Counted from the first letter of the stretch, positions 1-11,604 are shown. The stretch is DNA of 64,000 bases from an uncultured Candidatus Saccharibacteria bacterium (GCA_964593805.1 CAZQHP010000001.1:321516-385515); one strand, 5' to 3'. Notes: a model not told the origin generated them from the letters alone. A program made the numbers and translations.

Positions 1-413
1 AAATCTCGTTCGTTGCCGAAATCCAGGACGGCGGCACGCAGCTGCGAATCAGCGCGCCTTTTATACACAGCGCTATCTGGAACATTTTGGACAACGCCGC
101 TAAGTTTACCAAAGAAGGCGGCAAAATAACTCTCGCCACGAAGCGAAACGGCGACAGTCTCCAGATTATAATCAGCGACAATGGTATCGGCATAACCGCT
201 GCCGAGCTGCCAAAACTGTTTACCAAATTCCACCGCGGCACTTCCACGCTAACCTACGATTTTGAGGGTACGGGTATAGGCCTCTATGCTTCCAAAGTTA
301 TGGTTGAAAAACACGGGGGCACCATAACGGTTAACAGTGAAGAGGGCAGGGGTAGTACCTTTACAATCAACCTGCCGATTTTTTCCTCTAGCTCCCAGCC
401 ACGAGACAGCTAG
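1..413 (+). CDS. Sensor histidine kinase, C-terminal HATPase_c domain (5' partial)
   Basis: Frame open from window start; N box (WNILDNAAKF), G1 (DNGIGI), F box (LFTKF), G2 (GTGIGL). Confidence 0.93.
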   Translation, partial: ISFVAEIQDGGTQLRISAPFIHSAIWNILDNAAKFTKEGGKITLATKRNGDSLQIIISDNGIGITAAELPKLFTKFHRGTSTLTYDFEGTGIGLYASKVMVEKHGGTITVNSEEGRGSTFTINLPIFSSSSQPRDS

Positions 414-448
414 TTCCAATTTGCTGGGTTGTGGACTAAAATGCAAGC

Positions 449-850
449 ATGTATAAAAACATCCTGTTTGTTGAGGATGAACAGTTCATCGCCGAGATGT
501 ACGCCGATATTTTGCGCCAATCAGGCTTAAAGGTGCTGATAGAGGGCAACGGCCAAAAGGGCTATGAGCTGGCAAGCAGCGGAGAGTACGATTTGGTGTT
601 GCTTGATCTCATGCTTCCCGGCATGACCGGTCTGGAGGTTCTGCAACGGCTGCGCAACAAAAAACTTTCGCCCAAATTCACGCCCGATCATCACGTCGTT
701 GTACTTACCAACCTGGACGAGGACGACGTAACCAAAAAGAAAATTTCTGAACTTGCCCAGGGCTACTACACAAAGGTAAACATCACCCCGCACAAGCTCG
801 TTGAGATTATCAAAGACATGGATGGCGGCAAGCGCCCTCATGACGGTTAG
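449..850 (+). CDS. Single-domain response regulator (CheY-like receiver)
   Basis: ILFVEDE, DLVLLDLMLPGMTG, VVVLTN motifs; follows the kinase. Confidence 0.92.
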   Translation: MYKNILFVEDEQFIAEMYADILRQSGLKVLIEGNGQKGYELASSGEYDLVLLDLMLPGMTGLEVLQRLRNKKLSPKFTPDHHVVVLTNLDEDDVTKKKISELAQGYYTKVNITPHKLVEIIKDMDGGKRPHDG

Positions 851-875
851 CTGCTAATCTGTTAGACTATAACAA

Positions 876-2759
876 ATGAACGCGCAGCAGATACGAAAAG
901 CTTACTTAGATTTTTTTACCAAACAGGGGCACAAAGTAATCCCGCGGGCGCTTCTGGTGCCGTACAACGACCCGACTACGCTGTTTACCGGTTCCGGCAT
1001 GCAGCCGCTTATCCCGTACTTGCTGGGAGAACCGCACCAGGACGGCGTACGCTTGGTAGACAGCCAAACCTGTCTGCGCGCTGACGATATGGACGAAGTC
1101 GGCGACAATCGCCACACAACGTTTTTTGAGATGCTCGGTAACTGGAGCCTTGGCGATTACTTCAAAGCCGAGCAGCTTCCCTGGTTCTTTGAGTTTCTGA
1201 CGGACGTAGTCGGGCTTGATCCGAAGCGGCTGTACGTAACCTGTTGCAGTGGATTTCCGGAATTTGATGTTCCTAAGGATCAAGAAAGCGCCGACATCTG
1301 GGCGAATTTATTCAAAAGCAAAGGTATAGATAACAAGCAAATCGACATCGGCAGTGAAGAGCTGGGTTACGAAAAAGGCGAGCAAGGCGGCCGCATATTT
1401 TTCTACGACGAAAAAAACTGGTGGAGTCGCAATGGCGCACCAAAGGACGTTAAGCCAGGCGAACCTTGCGGGCCAGACAGCGAAGTGTTTTATCTATATG
1501 AAAGCATCGAGCACGACCCTAGCTTTGGCGCCAAGTGCCATCCAAACTGTGACTGCGGGCGCTATATGGAAATTGGCAACTCCGTTTTCATGGAATATAT
1601 CCGAACCAGTAAAGGCTTCGAAAAACTGCCCAAGCAAAACGTGGACTTTGGCGGCGGGCTGGAGCGGATCGCGGCTGCCAAAATTAACAACCCGGACATG
1701 TTCAAAATCAGTGTAATTTGGCCGATTATAGAAGAACTTCAAAAACTAAGCGGCAAAACTTATGAATCACACACTGCCAGCATGCGGGTAATTGCCGACC
1801 ATCTGCGCAGCGCTACGTTTCTGGCGGTTGACGGCGTGGTGCCAAGCAACAAGGAGCAAGGTTACGTGATGCGCCGTTTTGTACGCCGAGCCATTCGCTA
1901 TGCGTTCGAACTAGGAGTGGAGCAAAACTTCCTCGAGCACGTCGTGCCGGTGATTGCCGATATGTATCACCAAGATTTCCCGGAGGTAGCAGAAAAGCGC
2001 CAGCAAGTAATTGATACGTTAGTAAAAGAAGAAAAAATCTTTCGCCAGACCCTCCGTGCAGGGGTGCGGGAATTAGGCAAACTTGGCAAAGACGGTTTGA
2101 CCGGTGAAGAAGTGTTTAAACTGTATGATACCTACGGTTTCCCAGTGGAATTAAGCGTTGAAGAAGCATTTAAACAAGACATAAAGATTTCCAAGTCGTG
2201 GCGCGGGGAGTTCGACAAACTCATGACAAAACAGCGGCAGCGTAGCCAGACGGCCAGCAAAGGCACGTTCAAGGGCGGGCTGGGCGGTACCTCCGCGCAG
2301 CACAAAAAATATCATACCGCTACTCATCTGATGTACCAGGCACTGCGGGACGTGCTGGGCGACCACGTTATCCAAAACGGCAGCAACATCACCGAAGAAC
2401 GCCTGCGGTTTGACTTTTCTCACCCGGAAAAGGTTACCCCAGAGCAAATCAAGCAAGTTGAAAATATTGTAAATGAACAAATTCAAAAAGACCTGCAAGT
2501 TAGTTACGAGGAGTTTCCAACTAAAGTCGCGGTAGAAGAAAAGGGCGCGCTTGGGCAGTTTGGCGACCGCTACGGTGAAACCGTAAAAGTATATAAAATG
2601 ATAGAGGATGGTGCTGACAAACCGTTCAGCTTCGAAATCTGCGGCGGCCCACACGTGGACCATACTTTGCAGCTGGCCGAAGGCGGCAAGCAATTCAAAA
2701 TTATCAAAGAAGAATCATCAAGCGCCGGCATACGCCGCATCAAAGCCGTTCTGAAGTAG
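876..2759 (+). CDS. alaS: Alanine--tRNA ligase, short form without C-Ala domain
   Basis: DPTTLFTGSGMQ, HTTFFEMLGNWS, editing HTATH and CGGPH; ends at GIRRIKA. Confidence 0.97.
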   Translation: MNAQQIRKAYLDFFTKQGHKVIPRALLVPYNDPTTLFTGSGMQPLIPYLLGEPHQDGVRLVDSQTCLRADDMDEVGDNRHTTFFEMLGNWSLGDYFKAEQLPWFFEFLTDVVGLDPKRLYVTCCSGFPEFDVPKDQESADIWANLFKSKGIDNKQIDIGSEELGYEKGEQGGRIFFYDEKNWWSRNGAPKDVKPGEPCGPDSEVFYLYESIEHDPSFGAKCHPNCDCGRYMEIGNSVFMEYIRTSKGFEKLPKQNVDFGGGLERIAAAKINNPDMFKISVIWPIIEELQKLSGKTYESHTASMRVIADHLRSATFLAVDGVVPSNKEQGYVMRRFVRRAIRYAFELGVEQNFLEHVVPVIADMYHQDFPEVAEKRQQVIDTLVKEEKIFRQTLRAGVRELGKLGKDGLTGEEVFKLYDTYGFPVELSVEEAFKQDIKISKSWRGEFDKLMTKQRQRSQTASKGTFKGGLGGTSAQHKKYHTATHLMYQALRDVLGDHVIQNGSNITEERLRFDFSHPEKVTPEQIKQVENIVNEQIQKDLQVSYEEFPTKVAVEEKGALGQFGDRYGETVKVYKMIEDGADKPFSFEICGGPHVDHTLQLAEGGKQFKIIKEESSSAGIRRIKAVLK

Positions 2760-2784
2760 TCGAACGACCTCTGTTTATGCTACA

Positions 2785-4101
2785 ATGATGCCGATTATGC
2801 TCAACAAAATTAAAGGGTTAAAAGCAACCGCGTTAGCGCGCCTCCCCAGAGGCAAAAACAAAGCTGCCGCTGGCAAATATATCGTTGGGCTAGACATTGG
2901 AACCGAGTTTGTAAAAGCGCTGATTGCCCAAGTTGAGGGCGACGAGCTTCAAATTATTGGCGTTGGCCGCGAGCACCAAAGCCTGACAGACATGCAAGCC
3001 GGCGCTATAGCCGACATAGCCGGCGTAGTCCGCAACTGCGACGCCGCGCTTAGCCAAGCCGAGCAGCAAGCCGGCGTGAGCGTTCGTTCGGCCGTGATTG
3101 GGATTGCCGGAGAGCTCGTAAAAGGCACCACCACCACTGTGCGGGTTAGGCGCAAAAACCCTGACAAACAGCTGGATATGGAAGAAACAGAACAAATAAT
3201 TGGGCTGGTACAGGAAAGAGCCCAGGCCAAGGCCAAACAGCAGCTGGCCTGGGAACTTGGCGGCAAAGACGTAGAAATTCGACTGGTAAATAGCGCGCTG
3301 GTACGCATAGACATTGACGGCTATGCCGTAACCAACCCAATTGGTTTTCAGGGCAAAGAAGTAATGGTGCAGTTATACACGGCCTTCGCTCCGCTGATAC
3401 ACATTGGCGCGCTAGAGCGCACGGCGCAGGAACTGGACCTGGATCTTATAGCTGTTGCCGCCGAACCGTTCGCGGTGGCGAGGTCGGTGATTGGCAATGA
3501 CCCTGACACCAGTATGAACGCCATTCTCATGGACGTGGGCGGCGGCACTACCGACATAGCAGTGCTGCATGACGGCGGCGTGCAAGGAACCAAAATGTTT
3601 GGCATTGGCGGCCGAGCCTTTACTCGTTCGGTTGAGCGGGAGCTGGCTGTAAATTTTAGCCAGGCAGAAGACTATAAACTGGCGTATGGCGCCCACCATG
3701 TCACAGCGGCTAAAGGCACTGCCATAAAGCACGCGCTGGAAAAAACGCTGGACGTTTGGACCAGCGGCATAGAACTGGCGCTCGGCGAATTTACCACGAC
3801 CGACCACTTGCCCAGCCAAGTTTTGCTGTGCGGCGGCGGTTCAAGCTTGGAGATGCTGATGGAAAAATTGGAACAGTCCAGCTGGTATCGGGAGCTACCT
3901 TTTACCAAGCGCCCGGTGGTGCAGCACATACAGCCTGACGAGGTAGCGGGTATCACCGATAAAACCGGCGACGTAAACGACCATACGCTTATAACCGCCA
4001 TGGGGCTGCTCAGAGTCGGACTTGATACAATACAAATGCAGGAAAATCCAAAATCAACCGGCAGCGTGAAACAGCGGCTGGATAGGATGTTGCAAATATG
4101 A
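2785..4101 (+). CDS. FtsA-like actin-fold ATPase
   Basis: GLDIGTEFVKA, DVGGGTTD, LCGGGS phosphate/adenosine motifs; no ftsZ adjacent. Confidence 0.85.
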   Translation: MMPIMLNKIKGLKATALARLPRGKNKAAAGKYIVGLDIGTEFVKALIAQVEGDELQIIGVGREHQSLTDMQAGAIADIAGVVRNCDAALSQAEQQAGVSVRSAVIGIAGELVKGTTTTVRVRRKNPDKQLDMEETEQIIGLVQERAQAKAKQQLAWELGGKDVEIRLVNSALVRIDIDGYAVTNPIGFQGKEVMVQLYTAFAPLIHIGALERTAQELDLDLIAVAAEPFAVARSVIGNDPDTSMNAILMDVGGGTTDIAVLHDGGVQGTKMFGIGGRAFTRSVERELAVNFSQAEDYKLAYGAHHVTAAKGTAIKHALEKTLDVWTSGIELALGEFTTTDHLPSQVLLCGGGSSLEMLMEKLEQSSWYRELPFTKRPVVQHIQPDEVAGITDKTGDVNDHTLITAMGLLRVGLDTIQMQENPKSTGSVKQRLDRMLQI

Positions 4102-5750
4102 GCGTACAACCAACCAAAGATACTATTTATATTGACGCGGAAGACGAAATCACCGTTATTATTGAAAAGGTGCGGGCTTCTGACGCCAAAATTGTGGCGT
4201 TGGTCTTGCCCAAACGGGCTGCGACTTTGCAGTCGATTGTAAACCTGAAACTTTTGAAACGCACGGCCAAAGAGGCCAAAAAAAGCTTGGTGCTCATAAC
4301 TTCCGAAGCAGGACTATTGCCGATTGCGGGGGCGGTTGGTTTGCATGTGGCCAAGACCCTGCAGAGCAAGCCGGCGGTTCCGGCGTCTCCAAAAACCAGC
4401 GACGAAGCCATCACGGTGGAAAGCGCAGCTTCGGAGGCTGGCGAAGCGGCACTTGACCCGCATGCTTCTATTGGCCAGCTGGCCGGCCACGTTGCCACCG
4501 AAGAAACAATTGAACTAGACAACGACGACACCGCTGGCGCAAAAGCCAAAAACGCCAAAAAAACACTAACCAAAAAATTCAAAATTCCCAATTTTGACCG
4601 TTTCCGGCTGATGCTGTTTGGCGGCATCGCACTGTTTGTTTTGCTGATTGTGGGCGGCGTTTTTGCGTTTGTAATCCTGCCCAAAGCCAAAATCGTCATT
4701 AAAACCGACACCACGAGTGTAAACACCGACTTGCTCATCATCGCTAAAACGGATGCCAAAGAGGTGGACGGGGCGGCCATGATAGTGCCAGCCACTACTA
4801 AAACCCTCAAAAAAACCGACACCGAAAAAGTCGCGGCCACCGGCCAGCGCGACGACGGGAATAGGGCTAAAGGAACAATGACCGTTTACAACTGTACCGA
4901 TGCCGCGATAACCATTCCTGCCGGGACGACATTTACAAACACGGGCTTTTCATTTACCGCCGATGCGGCAGCAACCATACCGCCAAGCGACTTTTTTAGT
5001 AATGGCACATGCAAAAAAAATAGCAGCGAAGACGTTGCCGTGACCGCAACTAAAGCAGGCGGCGAATCAAACCTAAGCGCAGGCAGAGACTATACATCAA
5101 ACATTGGTTCAACGCTCACCGGCAAAGGGTCGGCAATGAGCGGCGGTACCAGTAAGCTCGTACAGGTAGCCAGTCAGTCAGACATTGATAACGCCAAGCA
5201 AAAGGTGACTGATCGTCTGAATACAGCAGCCGCTACTGAACTCAACGCCCAATTTACGACTGAAAACTTTGTGGCAATCACCGACACTTTTGCCGGCGGC
5301 GCGCCAACGGTGTTGAGTACGCCAAACGTCAATGAGCCCGGCGCCGAGGTCAACGTGTCCGTCACAATCACCTATACCGAACTGGGCGTTAAGCAAGACG
5401 ACCTAAAGCAATTGGTGGAAGCGGAGGTTAAAAAACACATAGACAACAGCAAACAAACCATACAAGACAACGGTATCAGCAAAGCGACCATCTTGACTAT
5501 CGAAAAAAAATCAGCAGGCGAAGTTAAATTCAACATAAAAACCCTGGCAATCGCTGGCCCGCAGCTAGACGCCGATGGTATCAAAAAGCAAGTCGCCGGC
5601 AAGAAAAAGAACGAAACCCAGTCCATAATTCAATCGCGCCCGGGCATCAAAGATGTCACCATTAGCTACAGTCCTTTCTGGGTTTTCAGTACACCCAAAA
5701 ACACCAAGCACATCACCATAACGTTTGACCAAAACAATGCCGGACAATAA
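4098..5750 (+). CDS. Bitopic membrane protein with conserved cytoplasmic N-domain and baseplate-J-like extracellular region
   Basis: ATGA overlap with ftsA-like gene; one TM near aa 170-193; IPAGTTF, VTATKAGGESN and MSGG motifs. Confidence 0.6.
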   Translation: MSVQPTKDTIYIDAEDEITVIIEKVRASDAKIVALVLPKRAATLQSIVNLKLLKRTAKEAKKSLVLITSEAGLLPIAGAVGLHVAKTLQSKPAVPASPKTSDEAITVESAASEAGEAALDPHASIGQLAGHVATEETIELDNDDTAGAKAKNAKKTLTKKFKIPNFDRFRLMLFGGIALFVLLIVGGVFAFVILPKAKIVIKTDTTSVNTDLLIIAKTDAKEVDGAAMIVPATTKTLKKTDTEKVAATGQRDDGNRAKGTMTVYNCTDAAITIPAGTTFTNTGFSFTADAAATIPPSDFFSNGTCKKNSSEDVAVTATKAGGESNLSAGRDYTSNIGSTLTGKGSAMSGGTSKLVQVASQSDIDNAKQKVTDRLNTAAATELNAQFTTENFVAITDTFAGGAPTVLSTPNVNEPGAEVNVSVTITYTELGVKQDDLKQLVEAEVKKHIDNSKQTIQDNGISKATILTIEKKSAGEVKFNIKTLAIAGPQLDADGIKKQVAGKKKNETQSIIQSRPGIKDVTISYSPFWVFSTPKNTKHITITFDQNNAGQ

Positions 5751-6156
5751 CATTTTGGCGTTAGATGTTGGCGAAAAGCGGGTAGGCGTAGCCATGGTTC
5801 GCGCCGAGGTACGCGTTCCGGTTACGCTGGAAACTCTGGACCGCCAGGCTCCCGAATTTTGGGAAAAACTGTCAGAAGTCATAAAACAAAATGAAATTGG
5901 CCAAATTATAATAGGCCTCCCGCGCGGGCTTGCGGGGCAAGAAACGGCTCAGACTAAACATGTTCGGGAGTTTGCCGGGGAACTTGCCAGCCATTTTTCA
6001 TTGCCGGTTCATTGGCAGGACGAAGCACTGACTTCCGTGCAGGCGGAAACTATTCTAAACGGCAGCGGCAAACCGTATAAAAAAGCCGATATTGACGCCC
6101 TGGCCGCCAGCCTGATTTTGGCGGACTATCTGGAAACTGCAAAGGCAACGCCATGA
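5737..6156 (+). CDS. ruvX: YqgF/RuvX family nuclease
   Basis: LALDVGEKRVGVA, IIGLP, DEALTS, IDALAASLIL. Confidence 0.93.
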   Translation: MPDNNILALDVGEKRVGVAMVRAEVRVPVTLETLDRQAPEFWEKLSEVIKQNEIGQIIIGLPRGLAGQETAQTKHVREFAGELASHFSLPVHWQDEALTSVQAETILNGSGKPYKKADIDALAASLILADYLETAKATP

Positions 6157-7208
6157 AAGACTTCGCCAAAAACAACAAGCCAAAAAACTGGAACAGGATC
6201 TGGCTGACAGCCGGTATTATAATTTTGCTTACTTTTGCTACTGGAGCTTTTTTGGTCCGCCGGTCATACTACCAGCATCTTGAGCCAGTCAGTACCTCTC
6301 AAAAGACCGTGCTCTTGACAGTTCCAAGCGGCGCCTCGGCTCAAGAAATAGGCCAAAAACTGGAGGAGCAGGGTTTGATTCGGGCTTCGTGGGCTTTTGA
6401 ATGGTATGTCCGAAACCATGACGTGCGTGATAGTTTACAGGCTGGCACGTATTCCCTCAGGCCGAGCCAGACGGTTCCAGAAATTGTTTCGGCGCTTACT
6501 CACGGGAAAGTGTTTACTGATTTGTTTCGAATTTCACCCGGGCTCAGGCTGGACCAGATTAGAAGTGATTTGATTAGCAGCGGTTTTTCGCCGGAAAAGG
6601 TAGATGCCGCCTTGAACTCAGCCCTATATACTGATCATCCGGCGCTGGCCGACAAACCCGCAGGTACCACGCTAGAAGGCTATTTGTACCCCGAATCATT
6701 CCAAAGAACAGCCAATACCAAACCAGAAACGCTGATACGCCAGTCGCTTGATGAGATGCAAAAACGTCTTACTCCGGATTTGAGAGCGGCCTTTGTCAAA
6801 CAGGGAATAACGGTTCACCAAGGGGTTATTTTGGCATCTATTGTAGAACAAGAAGTAAATAACCCTGCCGACAAACCCATTGTGGCTCAGGTGTTTTTGC
6901 GCCGCTTTCGCATAGGCATGCAGCTGGGTTCGGACGTCACGGCGTTTTATGGCGCCATCACCAGCGGCCAGGCGGCCAGCGTGGGCTTTGATTCACCGTA
7001 CAACACCCGGATTCATAACGGATTGCCGCCAGGACCCATCAGTAATGTTTCAGAAGTTTCTTTGCAGGCCGTAGCGCACCCCGCCGAGACAGACTTCTTA
7101 TATTTTGTGGCCGGCGACGGTGAAGACGAGGGCAAAACATACTTTTCCCACACGCTCGCCGAACACGAGGCTTTGACTAAAGAACATTGCAAAAAACTCT
7201 GCCAATAG
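6153..7208 (+). CDS. mltG: Endolytic transglycosylase MltG
   Basis: N-terminal TM, LEGYLYPE, ASIVEQE, SPYNT, GLPPGPISN, LYFVA. Confidence 0.95.
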   Translation: MKDFAKNNKPKNWNRIWLTAGIIILLTFATGAFLVRRSYYQHLEPVSTSQKTVLLTVPSGASAQEIGQKLEEQGLIRASWAFEWYVRNHDVRDSLQAGTYSLRPSQTVPEIVSALTHGKVFTDLFRISPGLRLDQIRSDLISSGFSPEKVDAALNSALYTDHPALADKPAGTTLEGYLYPESFQRTANTKPETLIRQSLDEMQKRLTPDLRAAFVKQGITVHQGVILASIVEQEVNNPADKPIVAQVFLRRFRIGMQLGSDVTAFYGAITSGQAASVGFDSPYNTRIHNGLPPGPISNVSEVSLQAVAHPAETDFLYFVAGDGEDEGKTYFSHTLAEHEALTKEHCKKLCQ

Positions 7209-7273
7209 AGCCACCTCTGTTGGTGTAATTTTTTTCTCTCTGTCTAACAGGGGTAGAAAATGCTTGGAAAAGC

Positions 7274-7301
7274 TTGCCTTTGCACGCATTTTTGCTATAC
7301 T
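7274..7301 (+). promoter_or_regulatory. Sigma70-type promoter ahead of the LysM/CHAP gene
   Basis: TTGCCT-16 nt-TATACT with TG extended -10. Confidence 0.5.
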
Positions 7302-7438
7302 TTTATCCGTAACTCGCTCATCTGTAAACAGGGGTGGCCCAAAGAGCAGACAGAGGGGTTATATCTGTTATTGCCCTAAGCGTATGTAGTAAGGTGGTCG
7401 AACTCCTTACAAAATTAACTAAGATCCAATAATAGGTT

Positions 7439-7456
7439 TCCCCGCCGCGGCGGGGA
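7439..7456. repeat. 18-bp perfect GC palindrome TCCCCGCCGCGGCGGGGA
   Basis: Self reverse-complementary; 12-bp core recurs at 29284-29295. Confidence 0.85.
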
Positions 7457-8616
7457 TGGAGTTGTTTATTCGTAGCCAGTCGCATGCATTAGGCCGTAAA
7501 CTTATTGCTCGTCGCAAGACAAAACCCAGCACGCAGCGCAAGTTGCGGCGCCTTTTTGTACGTTCACGACGGCGTGTGATTCGTTACAGCCTGCTTACGG
7601 CAAACTTGGCCATGCTGGCCATGGTTGTGTTTTTTGTCGCCAAAACTCCCCCCGACAGCCAAGCGGTTCGCCAGAACGCAACCGCTAGTACTAACTCGGC
7701 AGACGTTGTTGCCGGCCCGCTTGACCAAGTTTCATCAGCCGACATTGCCGTACACGTTGCTCGCGTTGCAAGTTTGCCAGAAGCGGTCTCTGTAGTGAAC
7801 CATGCCGATTCAGTCAGTGCCATAGAAGCAACGGCGCCCGCGGACACGAGCGTGGTAGCAAAGCCGCAAGTGATATCAACCGCCTTGCCTTCTCGTAAAG
7901 ACATACACACCTATACCACTGTGGCAGGCGATACCATCGGTTCAATAGCGGCTAAATTCGGCGTTTCTTCGGAAAGTATCAGGTGGAGCAACGGCCTGTC
8001 CGGCAATACGATTGGTGCCGGCAGACAGCTTGTATTGCCCCCCGCCGGCGTCAACGGTATTGTATATGTTGTTAAACCGGGCGACACGGCCGATACACTG
8101 GCTAGAAAATACGGCACGGACAAAGAGTCGCTGATTTCTTTTAACGATGCCGAAGTCACCGGGCTGGTAGCCGGCGAACAAATTTTGATCCCCAACGGCG
8201 TTATTCGCGCTGTCGCGGCGCCTTCCTATAACTATTTCTCAGCTATTTATGGCAGCAATGGGTATGATTACGGCTGGTGTACATGGTGGGCCGCTAAGAG
8301 GCGGGCTGATACCGGGCGGCCACTGCCAAGCAACCTGGGCAATGCCAGTTGGTGGCGGGGAAATGCCGCAGGAGCAGGTTTGCGCGTTGACCACAGCCCC
8401 GAAGCGGGCGCGGTTGCATACTATTCTTTCGTACCCGGGCTTGGCCACGTGGGGTTTGTAGAACAGGTTAACCCGGACGGTAGTATATGGATATCCGACA
8501 TGAACTATTTTGGCGTCAACCAAATTGGCGGCAGTACGTCCGCTGGCGGTTGGGGTAGAACCAGCTACCATCTTGTTGCGCCAGACCAATTCGGACAATA
8601 TCTTTTTATTCACTAA
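7456..8616 (+). CDS. Membrane-anchored 2xLysM + CHAP peptidoglycan hydrolase
   Basis: YTTVAGDTIGSIAAKFGVS and YVVKPGDT LysM repeats; CHAP GWCTWW and GHVGFVE. Confidence 0.92.
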   Translation: MELFIRSQSHALGRKLIARRKTKPSTQRKLRRLFVRSRRRVIRYSLLTANLAMLAMVVFFVAKTPPDSQAVRQNATASTNSADVVAGPLDQVSSADIAVHVARVASLPEAVSVVNHADSVSAIEATAPADTSVVAKPQVISTALPSRKDIHTYTTVAGDTIGSIAAKFGVSSESIRWSNGLSGNTIGAGRQLVLPPAGVNGIVYVVKPGDTADTLARKYGTDKESLISFNDAEVTGLVAGEQILIPNGVIRAVAAPSYNYFSAIYGSNGYDYGWCTWWAAKRRADTGRPLPSNLGNASWWRGNAAGAGLRVDHSPEAGAVAYYSFVPGLGHVGFVEQVNPDGSIWISDMNYFGVNQIGGSTSAGGWGRTSYHLVAPDQFGQYLFIH

Positions 8617-8623
8617 AACAATT

Positions 8624-8651
8624 CCTGGACTCCGGACTCCGGACTCTGTAC
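8624..8651. repeat. Heptamer tandem repeat (TCCGGAC-like x4)
   Basis: CCTGGAC TCCGGAC TCCGGAC TCTGTAC just upstream of obgE. Confidence 0.7.
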
Positions 8652-8657
8652 TCTTAG

Positions 8658-9938
<1,281 letters not shown>

Positions 9939-9942
9939 CAGT

Positions 9943-11391
9943 ATGAATAGCAGTCTGCTTTTTTATGACCTGGAAACCTCCGGGTTTAGTCCGCGGGATC
10001 AGCGGATTATGCAGTTCGCCGGGCAGCGTACAGACCTGCAGTTGAAGCCGATTGGCGAACCCCACAATTATCTGATTAAAATAACCGAAGACATCCTGCC
10101 GGATCCGGACGCCGTGCTTCTAACCGGGATCACTCCGCAGATGACCATAGCTGACGGCGTAACAGAAGCAGAATTTTTAAAAATTTTTAGCACGGAAATA
10201 TCCACGCCGGGCACAATTTTTACGGGCTTTAACAGCATCCGTTTTGACGATGAGTTCATGCGGTTTTTGCACTACCGGAATTTCTATGACGCCTATGAAT
10301 GGCACTGGGCGGACGGCCGCAGCCGCTGGGATTTGTTGGACGTAGTACGGATGACGCGCGCTCTGAGGCCAGTGGGTATAAAATGGCCGTTCAACAGCGA
10401 AGGCCAGCCGGCCAATCAGCTAGGTTTGCTTACCAGCCTAAACGGGCTTGACCATGCCAACGCCCACGACGCCCTGAGCGATGTCCTGGCAACCATAGAC
10501 CTGGCTCGGCTACTCCGTGCCAAACAACCCAACTTATTCACTTTTTTGATAAATCATCGCGATAAAAAAGAAGTAGCCAAAATTGCGTCCGTCCAAGCCG
10601 GGCCATTTGTATACACTAGCGGCAAATACGACAGCCAACACGAAAAAACCACCGTGGTTACGGCGCTGTTTGAGAATCCCAAGAAAAACGGCGTGGTTGT
10701 GTATGATTTGCGCCACGACCCCGCGCCGTTTTTAACCATGAAAGCCGCCGAACTGGCCGAAATGTGGCGGCACTTCTGCAAAGAGCGGCCCTGTCCGCAC
10801 CCCCGTCTGCCCGTCAAAACATTGCAATATAACCGTTGTCCAGCCGTGGCCCCGCTCGGGGTATTTAATAACGACTGTCAAAAACGACTGGAGCTGCCCA
10901 TGAAGACTGTCAAAAATCATCTAACAGTTTTGAGTCAACACCCCGGATTTGCCGCAGAACTAGCTGAGGCCGTAGAAATTATGGATAAAAAATTCCAGGC
11001 CCAGCTTTTGACAGACCAGATTGACGCCGACGCGCGGCTGTACGAAAATTTCGTGAGTGACAGCGACAAGTCTGTGATGGGCAAAGTCCGTTCAAGCGGG
11101 CCGAACGAACTGCAAGACTTGCAAGCAAATTTTGCAGACGACCGGCTGGCACAGCTTCTGCCGCTTTATAAAGCCAGAAATTTTCCAAAAACCATGACCA
11201 GCGAAGAACGGGAAACCTGGCAGAGATTTTGCGAAAGGCGCCTTCTGGGCGGCAAGCAAGCCAGCCGCGCGGCGCGTTTTTTTGAACGGCTGGGCCAGCT
11301 GGCCGAGCAAAAAGACTTAACAGCCAAAAAGCGTTTTTTACTAGAAGAGCTTCAGCTGTACGGCCAAAGCGTACTACCAATTACGGAGTGA
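9943..11391 (+). CDS. sbcB: Exodeoxyribonuclease I
   Basis: FYDLETSG, QFAGQRTD, GFNSIRFDDE, HDALSDV DEDDh motifs; YKARNFP. Confidence 0.93.
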   Translation: MNSSLLFYDLETSGFSPRDQRIMQFAGQRTDLQLKPIGEPHNYLIKITEDILPDPDAVLLTGITPQMTIADGVTEAEFLKIFSTEISTPGTIFTGFNSIRFDDEFMRFLHYRNFYDAYEWHWADGRSRWDLLDVVRMTRALRPVGIKWPFNSEGQPANQLGLLTSLNGLDHANAHDALSDVLATIDLARLLRAKQPNLFTFLINHRDKKEVAKIASVQAGPFVYTSGKYDSQHEKTTVVTALFENPKKNGVVVYDLRHDPAPFLTMKAAELAEMWRHFCKERPCPHPRLPVKTLQYNRCPAVAPLGVFNNDCQKRLELPMKTVKNHLTVLSQHPGFAAELAEAVEIMDKKFQAQLLTDQIDADARLYENFVSDSDKSVMGKVRSSGPNELQDLQANFADDRLAQLLPLYKARNFPKTMTSEERETWQRFCERRLLGGKQASRAARFFERLGQLAEQKDLTAKKRFLLEELQLYGQSVLPITE

Positions 11392-11559
11392 TTTGTTCGA
11401 GATTAGTAAAAGCCACAAAGATCTTTGCAGATCATGATAACGCAGCTTACGCCAAATAATAACCAGCGCAGCACATATCACCTCAAGACAAAGTACGCTG
11501 CCAAAGGTGAGCCGAAAACTGGTACCTGGGATTAAGCCCAGCACGATAAAATCTATCAT
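11374..11559 (-). CDS. Small membrane protein (61 aa)
   Basis: AAGGGG SD 5 nt before ATG; hydrophobic segment followed by basic residues. Confidence 0.55.
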   Translation of the reverse strand: MIDFIVLGLIPGTSFRLTFGSVLCLEVICAALVIIWRKLRYHDLQRSLWLLLISNKSLRNW

Positions 11560-11604
11560 AGTCGCCCCTTGTTGGCGATTATTTTACACTTAATTGTAAC
11601 TATG

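Noticed and set aside
7302-7455. c-di-AMP or c-di-GMP riboswitch upstream of the wall hydrolase
   Set aside because: Consensus motifs were not found by eye; kept only as an unclassified leader.
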